Assembly: GCF_006345805.1 (NCBI RefSeq)
Contig: NC_043016.1
Coordinates: 25,172,001-25,236,000 of the forward strand
DNA length: 64,000 nucleotides
Direction of reading: 5' to 3'
Origin: Octopus sinensis
Lineage: Eukaryota
The translations under genes were made by a program, and so were the position numbers. Below are positions 1 through 13,195 of the stretch, in pieces. The notes beneath the pieces are model-generated. The model searched no databases and had not been told where the DNA came from. It saw only the letters and a program-made list of their open reading frames with translations. The stretch's first letter is position 1. Every line of letters begins with the position of its first letter.

Positions 1-230
1 CTCTGGTGCAAGTACAGCGGTTAAATTCCCCCAGTATATTCTATATGGTTGGTGTTAAAAAGTGCATCCAGTTGTAGAAACCATACTAGAAAAAGTAATG
101 AAATGTACAAGTGAGATGTGGTCCTCCAACCCTTCTACGAGGCTAGGAACTCCAAATAAGAACTAACTCAAACCGTAATGACACGTCTAACTCATGCTGC
201 CATTGAAAGTTGGCATAAAATGATGTATAC
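1..230 (+). mobile_element. Degenerate 3' end of RTE-type LINE or RTE-tailed SINE
   Basis: Contains ggttggtgttaaaaagtgcatccagttgtagaaacc...aaaatgatg, a degraded copy of the RTE 3' tail seen many times in this window. Confidence 0.55.
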
Positions 231-1683
231 CTGTGTACTATTGTGTGTACACGCGCGCGCGTACACATGCCCATAGTATATGCATCTGTTAAATTAATAC
301 ATTGAATAATAATGAAAATTGTTACAAAGTATTAATTTACTTTCGAAGATGTCGATTTAATAAATTATGCGTAATCTATACATATCAATAAATTACGATT
401 AAAAAAAACTGATTACAACTTGTACTGCTAAAAAAAATATCCAATTTACATTTACAATTTAATTCATTGGATTAGTGTAAATTTCAAACAAAAATCGATT
501 TAATTAAAGTAGTTGCTTAAAATAAAAAGAATCGTTGCAGCTCATAATGAATGAGAGAATGAAAACATAAAATTATTATTGAGATTGTAATTTTAATTGA
601 ATGAAGTTTAATTTAGATAGTAAAAAATATATATACAAACTTTAGAAAGCTGTGTCTCTTGCACTTTTAACTCTTACATCAAACTATAAACAAAACAACT
701 TTTTGGTGTCGCTTATTGCGCATTATCTATAATGTTATATGGGAAGATGAAGATATATATCTGAGTTGCTGAGCAATCTCACAGTCGAGGGGGAATGTAA
801 GAAAATAAATGCGTCAGTAATGAATGACAGTTGTTGCACTGATGAGAAATTAATTGAAAACTGATAAATAGAAAGTATTAAGAATTGTGTGAATCTACTG
901 ACAGTTTCTAAGACACGAGCCGAACAGCTACCTAGTTATAGCTATGACTACTTCCGCTATCTTAAAATAGACCCTACGCATAACGTTAGATTTATTCATT
1001 CAAACAGAAAAAACGTAAAAATATAGATTCTTTGGGAGAAAATTCAGTTTATAATTTAACTGGAATAATAAGAATTGTCTTTTATTTGAAGGAGAAATAA
1101 AAATAAAATAAAACAAGTCTTGAAACAGAAAGGCAAAAAAACCCGGGAAAGCAAACATCCTGAATGATAACAAATTGTAATAGTGCGGATGACAACTGGC
1201 GCGTTTTACGCAGTTGATATTTGACAATAAACTTATTAAATCGGAATTGACAGCAGATCAATTTTAGTTTTTATATTTCATGGATCGCTTAAAAATTAGT
1301 TGAAATCATTTTTATATGTTAACAAAGATGAATATATTGTGAAAACGCCTGTTGTGTCAAACGCGCGAACCCGACCAGGTCAATAAAACAACGTGTAAAA
1401 GCTATCATGTAAGAATATAATGAAAGTAACTCGCTTTTTTTTTAATTTATTCATCAAAACGTTTTTATTATATAAACAAAAAACAATGTTTAAGTATAGT
1501 TAATCATATTAAAATAAAAAGCAGAATCACAGTTGACTAGAGACAACTATAATCAATATATAAAGACCTGTTTGCACATGCAACAAATGAGTATAGTGTG
1601 TTTTATGGTGCTTACTTGTGTTGAATAACAGGTATATTGGTGCACATTCACTTGTCATTTCTTTAATTAAAGAATCGACTTAC

Positions 1684-2098
1684 CTGTCAAAAAGCTATAA
1701 AGTGATTGTAGGTGAGCTTTATCTTTGTAATTACTGCGAGTGAGGGAGCTCCAAATTACATCTGATACTTTCTTGACCAGCTCACGAGTAGCATACTCTG
1801 ATTTATATTCTGTTAAATCTACGGTACTTTTCACAATTGTAACAAACTTATTGTAAAGAACCTCAACTGTTGAAAATTCGATCGCTGGAAAAATTGGCTC
1901 CAGACTTTTCGAACAATCAACATCAGTTGGGACAGTGCGATTGACAGTTAAAATATTCTCAATTGCACCAAGCACAATAGAAAGGAGTGTTAAATCTGGA
2001 TCTTCGGGTTTGTTTAACTGTTCTTGAAACAATTTTACGACATCCTGGATATTTTGAAAAGGGAAGTAACGTGCGACGCAATCCCGGAGGCCCGCCAT
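1684..2098 (-). CDS. MEN1: Menin, first coding exon (138 codons + 1 nt); rest of gene lies left of the window
   Basis: Translation MAGLRDCVARYFPFQNIQDVVKLF...PDLTLLSIVLG...[35 protein letters not shown] matches the recalled human menin N-terminus (DDVVRLF...PDLVLLSLVLG...[35 protein letters not shown]). Ends at a G|GTAAGT donor (intron starts at 1683). Confidence 0.96.
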
Positions 2099-2391
2099 CT
2101 TGATATTCTACTTGTCACGTTGCATGTAGAGCTCCTGGAAAGTTGCGTATTATTATCAGGTGATTTTTTTAAAGATTTCAAAATCTATTTTTATCAAATT
2201 CAATTATTTTTCGTATTTTCCGAATTTATTTCTCACTTTAGAGTAATTTGTAATAATATTTGAAAATAACGTGAGATGTGTTGTACTTTGTAGTGGAGAA
2301 GTATAAGACAATATGTGTAACACGGGCATTTTCGCTTAGATCGTTTCAGTCTTGAGTACATCTCTGTAACTGTGTAATGTCTAGCAACATC
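2099..2391. promoter_or_regulatory. Shared bidirectional promoter and 5' UTRs of MEN1 and CLPTM1
   Basis: 293 bp between divergent ATGs (2098 minus, 2392 plus). Inr-like TCAGTC at 2346-2351. CpGs are retained. TSS positions are inferred. Confidence 0.75.
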
Positions 2392-2469
2392 ATGAGTGCT
2401 GAGTCCACTGAACAACGTTTGGACAATGATGAAACCGCATTAACTTCTACAGAAGATCACGAAAATAAG
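2392..2469 (+). CDS. CLPTM1: CLPTM1 coding exon 1 (MSAESTEQRLDNDETALTSTEDHENK)
   Basis: ATG in aacatcATGa context, open 26 codons, AAG|GTAAAT donor, phase 0 matching exon 2. The N-terminus is not conserved, so support is from context only. Confidence 0.8.
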
Positions 2470-5400
2470 GTAAATTGCAACACTTTATTCGATAAACTAC
2501 TTAATCGAACACTTTAGTTCAGCCGACAGCAATGTTTTACATATATGAACATTCGGTTGGGCGAACAAGCTCTATAACAGAAAGGAGGACAAAAAAATCA
2601 ACGATTAATTTTTTTTTTCTCGTTTACGAATACTCAACTTTTTTATTGTATTGGATTTTATTTCAAAAAACGGGGGGTGGGGATATGATGTGATTTATCT
2701 CTTGTGTTATTTTTTTATTCGTTGTTGCTCTCAGTAGCATATTTCAGTTAACACACCACTATCCTTAATTGAGTCAATCTCTTCAGACTTTGATGAGGTT
2801 ACCTAGTTTTGGCGAGGGTCTCTTCTCGAAACATGTCTTTCTTATGTTCATCCTTCCTTACCTATATATGTCCATCATATACGTAAACATTGTACATCAT
2901 ACACACACATATCCACTCATCTGCGTTTATACATATAAAGATAGACCCTTCACTATATAGTGTGGAGTTTATTCATGTATTTATTTAAACGGAGCTCTTG
3001 GCCACTCCTCGAATAGAGATTGCGGTGTTCCATGCTTAGATTTCACGGCAACAATCCTATTTCTTAAGAAGTTGCTGTTTTGTCAAATATTTCTTGACTG
3101 TATTTTCTGTGTTAGTTTAAGCGTTGCAATATATTTGTCCAATTGCTTTTATTTTATTAGAGTAAATCTACTTCGATTCCATACCACTGTCAAGAAAAGC
3201 AACATTGTTACAATTTCTTGACTTAACCGTAACTAAAATTAACCATATAGAAAACACTTTCCACGCCTTTTTTTTTATTTTTCGTGAACATTCATTGTAT
3301 AAATCTAATTTCATTTTTATCGAAAATATTTTTAGATATTTTTTTATGAAAACATTTTTTTTATTTATATATAATTTATTGATCTGTTTAGATTACTGAA
3401 TGACATTTTTAGATGAAGCTTCTAAATTCATATCTTTGCATCTTACTAAACTGTAAAATTAGAGTAATAAAGTAATCTAATTTTAGTTAATTAAATACAC
3501 TTCATTAGTTACATGACCTTTTATTACGGGCTGTTTTAAAATGGTAGCGTACTTAAGTTGTGTCACATGTTTCAAACACCTTTTCTAGATAACCTCACAA
3601 AATGTTAAAATTTTCAAATATTTATTGCACAGTCATGATTTACGGTTTGTTTGTAAATCATTAAAGCAAAAGCCGTATCTTAATATTAAGTATATGCCAC
3701 CCCTCCCCTATTATTTAACGAACAAACGTGCCATATCAATTTCATTCTTTTATTAACGAAGAAAAACTAAAAATTAGATTCTGTAGAGAGTCATTACTGA
3801 TTATAATTAATATCAGAAATTACATGATGATAAGACTTTGGTGATTTTTGATGTTAAGAATGTTAAGCCTTTTAATTTTTAATTAGTTCGGTTAGAAAGT
3901 TGCACTTAAAATTTTTACAATACTTATTATAACTTTCATATAGTTCTCAAAAGTCACGTTATATTCTATATTTATTTTAACAATGGTGAGGTTTCATCCA
4001 AAATGTGTGGTTTGACTGCCTTTAAAATATATATCTAGCTATACGCATTGGAGGAAAACGTGTTTTTTTTTGTTTGTTTTTTAAATTGTTATTCTCTTTC
4101 CTGCTATTAAATAAAAAAATTTGCCCTAAAGAATAGATAACGGACACAATATGAAATCTCATGTCAACGCTTGCCTCGTACGTTTTAAGGAACTCTCATA
4201 TTTTTACATGTTGCTTGTACCAATTTATTTGGTCATTATTGCACGTATTGTTAACGTATTTCTTTTAGGTAGAAATGTAAATTTCCTGTTGAACCTAAAT
4301 CTCTGGGTGTTCCTGTTCCATTTTCTCTCCTTTTAAAATTAAACCAGCAGCCGATAGAAATAGCTCTAGACGAAGCAAAATTCAATTACTGTAATTCAAA
4401 ACTTAATTGATTTATATTACTACAAAAATATTATTGGTAAAAATACTTTCTATTACTTAAAAACTCGTAGGTACAAAACGACTATTTGTAGATAATTATT
4501 TTGAAGAAATGAGCTATTATAGTGTTTCAGAAAAGAAAAAAAACTCAATCTGCATTATTATTTTCGGTGCCGTCGTTATGGTCGTCAGTATTTAGTTATT
4601 TATTATCAGAATAGATGATTAATTTTTGCGACATAACACACAGATTTTTGCCAAGTCATGACCATGTTAAAGTCAAGGTAGATCACTCTACTTGCCTCAG
4701 TTCAAATATAAAAAATAGACAACACATTTATCAATTTCACTGTTAAGTATTTAATATTAGGGGGGAAACTCTAAAGAATCCATGCAAATGCGGGATTTAC
4801 CAATAGCAAAGTCCATGTAGAATGTTAGCAAAAGAAATTAAGTTAGCTTATCTGTCTTCTTGTTATAGTGGTGTTTCCATAATAATTTTTGATATGAAGT
4901 GAGTATTCCGTTTCTTTCGGGTGGAAAATTTAACTTCAGGCTTTAACCTCTATCACGGTTAAAGTGTTCCAATTGATAGGAGTGTAATCTGAGGAAACAA
5001 CATAGGGATATTGAAAGTAAAAGATTGCTGCATCTGAGAAGTAATTATTTGTATGTGCAGGGTGTATTGGTTGAGAAATCAACTGAGCATTAATATATTC
5101 CATCAGAATGGTTCATTACCAAATGGCATGAGTAAACTATTATCGAAAGTTGGGTTTTTGTTTACAATTACCTCCATTGACATTGGGTTTTGATGAAACA
5201 TGTGACAGTTTATCAGTTTTTGTACTTATCTTTTTACTGTAGAGAAAAAATTATTTTTATAGAATTCCTCTTTGAAATCATGAATGAAAGTTCTTTAAAA
5301 TGAAGAGTCTAATATCATTTATTGTCAATGCAAGGTTGTAATAGGAAACAAAATATCTGCTACTGTCTGTTTGTACTTCTATAGCAATACTATGAAACAA

Positions 5401-5754
5401 AATAGACGACATAATCTATACAGTACACCATTTGTTAGATAATTAACTGATAGACTATGGAATAAAATTCAAGATGTAATCTATTGTCGACATAATATAT
5501 AATTAAGATAATAACTTGGAAATAATTATTTTAAATTGTTGTGTATCTTTAGAATCAGCTCAGCAAGGCACATAAGATACTTCATTCATTGGGAAATGAG
5601 TTCTAATCGAGCCCTGTGCATTTTTCTTTAGAAGATGAATATAGTACAGTGCATTCAGATTTGTTAAAATATTACCAATTTACTAGCAGAACAATATAGA
5701 TAGTTTATATCTTTAAACAATAAGCTCCAAACACCAGTTTAATAATCTTGTCTA

Positions 5755-5985
5755 CAATAGGCACTTGGCCTGAAATTCTTTGGGGGAGGGGGCTAGTCAA
5801 TTATATCAATCCCAGGACTTAGCCCCCTGACTTGATTGGTACTAAATTCATCAATTCCAAAAGAATAGTAGGCAAAATCAACCATAGCAGAATTTGAACT
5901 CAAATCTTAAAGATGGGCAAAATGCTACTCATCATTTTGTCCAAAATATTAATGATTCTACCAACTTGCTATTTCCCATCAGCTT
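5755..5985 (-). mobile_element. tRNA-derived SINE family B (head ggcggcgagctggcagaatcgttagc type), degenerate
   Basis: Reverse complement of the gagttcaaat...ttcatcct...gataaa..agtacca core. Other copies at about 11708-11925 (-), 16225-16400 (-), 47755-47950 (-), 54375-54575 (+), 56955-57120 (+), 60880-61020 (+). Confidence 0.7.
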
Positions 5986-6334
5986 AATAAGTTGATTTAC
6001 TAAATTCTTCATTATTTTCAAATTTAATTGAAACAGATGCAGTACATTTCAATAGAATTATAGTGACAGAATGGTCAACATGCTATGTTCATTATTCTTT
6101 TTTAACACATTTTCAACAATTTTATCAACTTAATCACAATAGAAAAGCAGAGATAAGTAAATTAGTATTTGTCATGGATTATTGTAAATAGTTCTTTCTA
6201 GAGCATAACATACAGATAAAAATGATAGATAAAAACTCTCCAGGCAGAAGAGGTAATATTTGTATAGCAAAAAAATATAGTTTCTTTTTCCTCTCCATAA
6301 CACAAATTTCTCCACCTTGCCTATAAATAGTTAC

Positions 6335-6685
6335 AAGCATAGCTGTGTAGTTGAGAAGTCTTGGAATTCAGTCCCACTGCTTGGCACCTTGGGCAAGTGT
6401 CAAAAAGATTTGAGTGGATTTGGTAGGCAGAAACCAAAAGAAGCCTGTTGTATGTGTTTGTGTGTACCTTTGTCTTGACATCGCATAATGATTTTAAATG
6501 AGCATAGTCATTATACAAGGTTGTTTATTTTCATTTCTTTAGTGAAAAAAATGTTTAGCTATGGGAAAATATTACCTTGCTTGGAAACAGACGAGAGTTG
6601 GTGACAGGAAGGGCATCTAACTGTAGAAAATTGCCTCAAAAAATTCTGTCTGACCCTTGCAAAGTGGATGTTAAATGATGATATT
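6335..6685 (+). mobile_element. tRNA-derived SINE family A, subtype with RTE-like tail
   Basis: Head gctgtgtagtt...ttcagtcccactg...gcaccttgggcaagtgtc; tail ggaagggcatctaactgtagaaa...gttaaatgatgat. Similar copies at about 12640-12990, 28290-28635, 35035-35380, 50740-51080 (+) and 32440-32790, 51100-51430 (-). Confidence 0.75.
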
Positions 6686-6749
6686 TAGAATCCATTTCCA
6701 CACTCCAGATTAACTCTTTAATAAAATTTCACTCTAAAATGTGGCATCT

Positions 6750-8400
6750 GTGCACACATAGATTTTACTCTCCCTATCACTCACCTCCATCTGGGTTTTA
6801 GCAGTTATAACTTCAGGTTACTCTTACTCAATGTCTTCCTCCTACATTCTCTAAAAATACATCTGAACTCTCTATCTTTCTCCAATCTTCTTGAATCCCC
6901 AGTGCCTTTTTGACTATATCCATATCTCCTCCTGCATCAATAACATATCTATCATTTCACCTCTCTCAAAAATCAATGTCCATGCTGGCTTCAACATCCA
7001 CAACTCACATGTTAATTCCATACCATTTGCTACAGGCACAGAATCCAAATATTTTGCTGTTCTCAACATTCTTCATCAACTTGTTTCATTCCCTACTTGC
7101 ATCACAGACTAACAGAGACACTCTAAATGCTCTTGTCTCAAAACCCAAGCTCTATAAATCATAATCTAACTGGTCTTACAACCACAGCCTCATTGCAACT
7201 GTTCAAAACACAACACCCTCTCTCTCCCCCATAGCACTTCAAGTACTACAAATTGGTTGCATATGTACTTCACATTTGATCCCTCAAAAAAAAAAAAGTC
7301 TGGAGAAACTCACCCACTGCCCAAAGCTGGGTGGTGTTTTCCAGAAATTCAGCTCTAGTATGATCATTGTCCAAACTGTGGACACTTCCTTCATATATAA
7401 CACTACTCAGGCTATCTTCTCTCTAATACTGCAACTTGTCCTTCTAGTCCCTAACCAAAAGAATCTTTACCAACTATGGAGAAAGCCCCCACTTTCCAGT
7501 TATCTGAAAATTAATAGTGACTGTCATTAAGAACCATGTCCTTCAACAACATGAGTGTCTCTCTCTTTAATAACCACCAGAATAGCTTCCATAGAACTGT
7601 TCTGGTAGTCATCAAGGAAAGAAATTAGATCCCCCATTGAAGATCTCTAACTCACAGTGGTACCCTTTCTGTTTCTCACTCTATGAACACTAGTGTGCCC
7701 CAACATATCAAACACTACTCACTCTTATATGGCTAATACTACAACCCTACATTCTTCCCGGACCTTCTCCAACTAAGCATCATCCATGTGCTGTCAAGTT
7801 GCCAAACACCAAACCTGCACTGATTTTATGAATGGATCTCTTGAAAGCATCCTGCCATGGGGCCATGCAACTCTTTATCTTTTAACAGCCCTCAAAAGAA
7901 ACACTGCTCATATCAAGAAAATATTACACACCACATACCTCTTAAACATGAACAACACTCAACTAAAGCTTTGATGGCTTCTCAAATTGCTGGTTGTTAA
8001 ACTTCGCTATCACTGAGGTCTTTCCTGGTAAAAGCACTCCTTAACATAACTAGGAATGCATTCCAAAGACTGACCCTTCTCTTCAGGATCAGAAAATACT
8101 TCAGCCACCTCAACTGCTGATACTTCTACAAAGCTCAAATTTGGTCCAAAATGGAATATTGCCTCACATGTAGGATGGTTTTACTGTTGCAATGGATAGG
8201 CTAGACTACATCCAAAGACAGGCCACCCAGCTTTTATGCATAAAGTAACTAATAGGTACACTCTGGCCTCTGGCCTGAACAACAGTCATTCATGCTTCTT
8301 ACCTCTCTACTTTTCTGCTGCTACTATAAATGACTCCTCAGGTTTGGCTAGTCTTGATAGAAATTGGTAATCCTGACCATTGATCTTCTAGGATTCCTCC
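6750..8400 (+). mobile_element. Highly decayed, internally deleted CR1/L2-clade LINE (APE endonuclease + RT remnants)
   Basis: Broken frames read LFDYI..SSCINNISIISPLSKINVHAGFNIH...LHQLVSFPT (endonuclease; GDFN.H and L.QLV.FPTR-like), THSYMANTTTLHSS (YADD region), GSLESILPWGH, and RNAFQRLTLLFRIRKYFSH...YKAQIWSKMEYC (CR1-type C-terminus). Confidence 0.65.
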
Positions 8401-8919
8401 ACTCAGCATCAATGTAAGAAGAAGCATTGGTCTAGTTGAGCTCTTTTACAATCTTTTCACAATCTGCCATGCTGCAGTCCCATGACTTTGCCATTTCCCT
8501 GGCAGGGTGACTGAAAGGGTGCTATGCCTTGCCAAAGGGCAGCCAGTAACTATACAGGGTACAGTTGTCACTGAGGTATTTTCGAAATACCCACACACCC
8601 TTAACATAGACATAGCTAATTGGTAAGAAGTTTCTTTACAATTTATCAGGTTTTCAGGTTCAGTCTCACTGAATGGCACTTTGAGAAAGTGTCTTCTACT
8701 ACGGTTTTGAGACTTGGTAGATAGAAACTGTATAGAAATGCATCATACACATTTGCACATACATAAATACTTGTTTATTTGTATTTACAACTGTTTTCCA
8801 TCTTAGCATGGGGTAGATATGTATCGAGACATTGTTTTACGGCTGCATGCTTTTCCTGTCATTAACCATTGCTTATTTTCCAAGTAAAGGATCCAAGTGA
8901 AAGAAAGCTTATATAGTGC

Positions 8920-9310
8920 TTGTGTACACATTTTAACTGCTATATTGTGGTGAGATATAGACCTTAAATGCAGAGGACAGGTGACGACTAGAAAGAAATG
9001 AAGCTAGTATGCCCTGTTGGATACACAATGTCAGTGTGCATGTATGAGAGAAAACTTAGGCATAAAAGGAATTAGATGTAGTGTGCAAGAGAGAAGATTG
9101 TGCTGGTTCAGTCAAGTGGTGCATGTGGACAAGGACAAGTGCATAGCAAAGTGCCAATTACTTGAAGTGGATGGGAGTTGTGGAAGAGGGAATCTCAAGA
9201 ATACTTTGGATGACATATTGAGGGCTGATCTCAAGATGCTGAGCTCTAAGGAGGAGATGACAAAGGATTGAGTATCTGGTGTCTTACTGTGCTTGAAAAC
9301 ACCCTGCCAC
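8920..9310 (+). mobile_element. RTE-type LINE C-terminal fragment
   Basis: ORF LGIKGIRCSVQERRLCWFSQV...EVDGSCGRGNLKNT, same family as 20381-22185. Confidence 0.75.
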
Positions 9311-11446
9311 CTCAACATAATTGATATCCTAAAACCACCATGGTAAATGCTTGCACTTACAAAGCTCTTCCTCACTGCCATTCTCTCTGCCCATCAAAAT
9401 TCCTCCACATCTCATTACCTACACTCATCACTTCTTTACCTCTGATATTATTCAGCTACCATAATCACCTGAGAGCAGAATAGGCACATGCTGTGCACTC
9501 CAACCCTTTTGTTACCTTCCCCTTTCCCAGAACCATTCCCATTCCATATTATCTTTCTCCAGCTATGTTTTCTCTCTCCTCTGCTAGACTCCATTCTTAG
9601 AATCACTTCCATTCCTCATTATCTTCCTCCAGCCATGTGCTTTCTTCTCTGCTATACTCCATCTTTAAACCTCTTTCATCTCCTATTTCTCTCCATGTGC
9701 TCACATATCTAACATAACCACCCCATCCCACTGAGCCACTCATATATCTCACTTTCAGTTACTACAGTCTATACCATCTAGCCACCTTTCAGCATTCTTA
9801 TGAAAATTTCCTCTCTATCTTCCCCTCCCTGTCCAATCCTCTGTATCACTTCACCTATACACCCCACTATACTTTGAGGGTATGTCCTGACACATATCCA
9901 TCACTATCTCTCCCACTCTCTCCATTTCTTCTTCAACTGGGATATCCTTGTTTCCCTTCTACAGAAAGACACCTATCTCTATCCCACTATTATTCTTTTA
10001 ACCTCTCATCAACTGACACAAAGCTCCTACCTCTATACTACTCCCACCAGTTGGTGAGTTGGGGAGTTTCTTATCTTGCAAGATATTTGTTGACCCTGCT
10101 GGTGCTATGGAAAAACAAAACACCCAGTGAACTCTGTAAAGTGCCTGGCCTTAGGAAAGGCATTCAGCTGTAGAAACCATACCAAAACAGACAATAGGGC
10201 TCAGCGTAGCCTTTTGGCTTGCCAGCTGTTATCAAATTGTCCAACCCATGCCAGTATGGAGAACAGATGTTAAATGATGATGATGACTACGACAACCAGT
10301 GGGCTTTGTAGTTTCCATCTACTATATCCAGTCATAAGGCATTGGTCAGTTTAGGACTATACTAAAAGATACTGAGCTTTACCCAATGTACTGCACAGTG
10401 GAACTGAATTTAAAACCACATGTGAGAAGAACTTCCTAGCCATACAAGCAATTCTGTGCCTACATATACATGTACGTATATTTCTGTGTCTGAGTTTATA
10501 TTTGTGTATGTTCCTTAATTTAGCTGTTAGAAATAAGATTGATAAAATAAGTACCCTGATTTAATATTACTAGTCAACATGATTGACTAAATCCTTAAAG
10601 GCAATGCCCCAGCATGGCTATAGTCTAATGACTGAAACAAATAAAAGAATACTTGAGGACATAAACTATGTTCTTTGATTTTGTTTATCTGTCTAGGAGA
10701 AGTTACTTCATTATAATATTGGATGGTAAAGAAACCACACTCATCAGATGTTGCCTTGACCATTTCAATTTGTTTTAATTATTTCAATTTAATTGATAGA
10801 ATAATGTTTGTTAAGAGATGAACATCTGGATCTATTGTAGTCAATGAACAAAACATCTAGGTATTCATCATTTAATATCCATTTACCATGCTGTCATTAG
10901 TTGGATGATTTTACAGGATCTGGTAAGCCAAAAGTTGCACCAGGTTTTATAGTTTCTTTTGGCTTGGTTTCTACTGCTGGATGCCCTTTCTAACACCAAC
11001 CACTTTGCAGAGTGTACTGGGTGCTTTTAACATGGCACAATGTAATTCTCAATTATATTCATAAGAAAGCATGGAAATAAAACTGTTAAGCCATTAGAAG
11101 TTTATAAATAGTTGTGTTCTGAATGTGTGTGAATGTGAATTTAACAAGACTTATTAAATTTAATCTGTAGCATATTCATATCATATTTAAACTCTGCAAA
11201 TCTGTTAACTACACTGTTATCATTTGGCTATAGGTCAGTCTTGATTAAGCAAGCTTTTCATCAAAAGCATGCCTACTGCGATTTCTTTTTCTTTCTTTTT
11301 TTCTTAATATTTACGATTGCATTATCCAAATGTGCTTTATTTCTAAGTAAATAGTAAAGTGTGATTTGAGGGAAATTTCACTGCTATTTCTTGAAGGTTG
11401 ATTGACTGCATTGAGGTTTCCTTGCTGGCTCCAATATTAACATTGA

Positions 11447-11669
11447 TTAACCTTTTTGTTACCATTTATCTGATAAAATGCACTCCCTTTTGATTAATTT
11501 TTTAAATAATTAAGAATTTGGTAAAATAATTTTGTCATTAAGCTGGTGTTTGGAACTTAAATTAGTATGAAATTTTGATGGAAGATTTTGATTTAGATCA
11601 CGTCAAAAACGGTCATTTGTCCTCTAGAACCAAGGACAGTCTCAGACGGGTTAGTAACAAAAGTGTTAA
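11447..11669 (+). mobile_element. piggyBac-type MITE family B
   Basis: TTAA CCTTTTTGTTAC ... GTAACAAAAGTG TTAA; internal sequence shared with 17578-17802. Confidence 0.75.
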
Positions 11670-11707
11670 CCTTTAGATGGACCCACTTGAATTTTACAAC
11701 CAGGTCA

Positions 11708-11925
11708 AATATTGGTTTCAAGTTCTGGCAAAAGGTCGGGAATTTCAGAGGAGTTAAGTCAATGACATCAACCCCACTGCTCAACTGGTACTCATTTTAT
11801 CGACCTTAAAAGGATGAAAAGCAAAGTCAACTTCAACAAAATTTGAACTCGGAGTGTAAAGATGGATGAAATACCACTAAGCATTTCACCTGATGTGCTA
11901 ACGATTCTGCCAGCTCACTGCCTTA
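11708..11925 (-). mobile_element. tRNA-derived SINE family B, well preserved copy
   Basis: Minus strand reads aaggcagtgagctggcagaatcgttagc (A-box region)...gagttcaaattt (B-box-like)...ttcatccttttaaggtcgataaaatgagtaccag. Confidence 0.75.
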
Positions 11926-13195
11926 GCAAGGTTGAATATTACTAATACATGAATTATGGGCTTGCAAAGTTGTAACCAAACTTTTTCTAAATTTGGTTTA
12001 TCCCTTTATTATATTTATATTTTTAAATAATTTTTCAGTTGTGAGGAATAGCTACTAACTTCATTACAACTGATGTGCTAACCCTAGACTCCTTCCATAG
12101 GTATTTTCATAATGAGTAGTTGTCCTTGTTTAACCTCGAGTGGTCCCTGTCCCAACCAGGCCTGTGATCAAAACAATTCAAGCTCTGATCATTCAATTTT
12201 CAGGAATTGTATTTACTGTATTACATTATCTAATGCATCGTTTATATATATTATGTATGTACGTACCACCCCACAACTTGATAACTGGCATTGGTTTGTT
12301 TACATTCCCATGACTTAGCAGTGCAGCACGAGATGCTAATAGAATAAGTACCAGACTTAAAAACAAGTACTGGTTTTGATTTGTTTGATTAAATTCTTCA
12401 AGGTGGTGTTCCAGCTTACCTGTATCCTGACACTAAAACAAGTTAAACATAAAAGATTGGATGTAGTTTGACTGTTATTTCTAGCAATTTAAGCAACCAT
12501 ATTGAGTCTCAGTTGATGATCAACAATTCTGATAAAAGATAGATGAAGAATACTTTTAATCATTGTTTTGTAGATATGTGAAGTAATACCTAAAATTTTT
12601 GAGCAGGACTGTCTTGGCTAATTTAATTTACATTATACGTGCAGGCATGGCACCCATAGCCCTAGACCAGCCAAAGCTTTGTGAGTGTATGCTGTCTCTC
12701 TGGTCCTGGGTTCTGTTTCATTGTGTGACACCTATAGCCCTAGGTCAACCAAATCCGTGTGACTTGAACATGATAGATGGAAACTGAAAGAAAATCATTT
12801 TGTGTGAGTGTGTGCACGTGTATACATGCTGTCTCTTTGCTTCAACATGGTGTCACAAAGGACACCATTATATCCTTTGTTCCAAATATTGTGGAAACAT
12901 GTCTGGTCATGGGGGAAATATCATCTTACTTTGAAACAGGTGAGTGTTGGTAACAGAAAGGATATCCAGCCATAGAAAATCCTTCTTAACAACAACTATT
13001 TTACAGCATGTACCAAGTAACTTGCAAGGCAAGACTCCCATGTCTGAATGTATTGAGGGAAGTGGATTTATGTCATATGTTGAGAGGCTGATGTATGACA
13101 GAGAGGGAGAAAAACAAGTGTTGTACTGTAGAGGAGGTACATAGCTTCCCCAGCTGGAAAGAGAAAAAAAGATGGTGATGATGTATCAGGTCACA

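Noticed and set aside
244-267. Near-palindromic tgtgtacacgcgcgcgcgtacaca (Z-DNA-prone)
   Set aside because: Short simple repeat at the edge of a retroelement tail; common in such genomes.
1000-1227. 75-aa hydrophobic ORF in the MEN1 intron
   Set aside because: F/L/I-rich composition expected from AT-rich non-coding DNA; no menin similarity.
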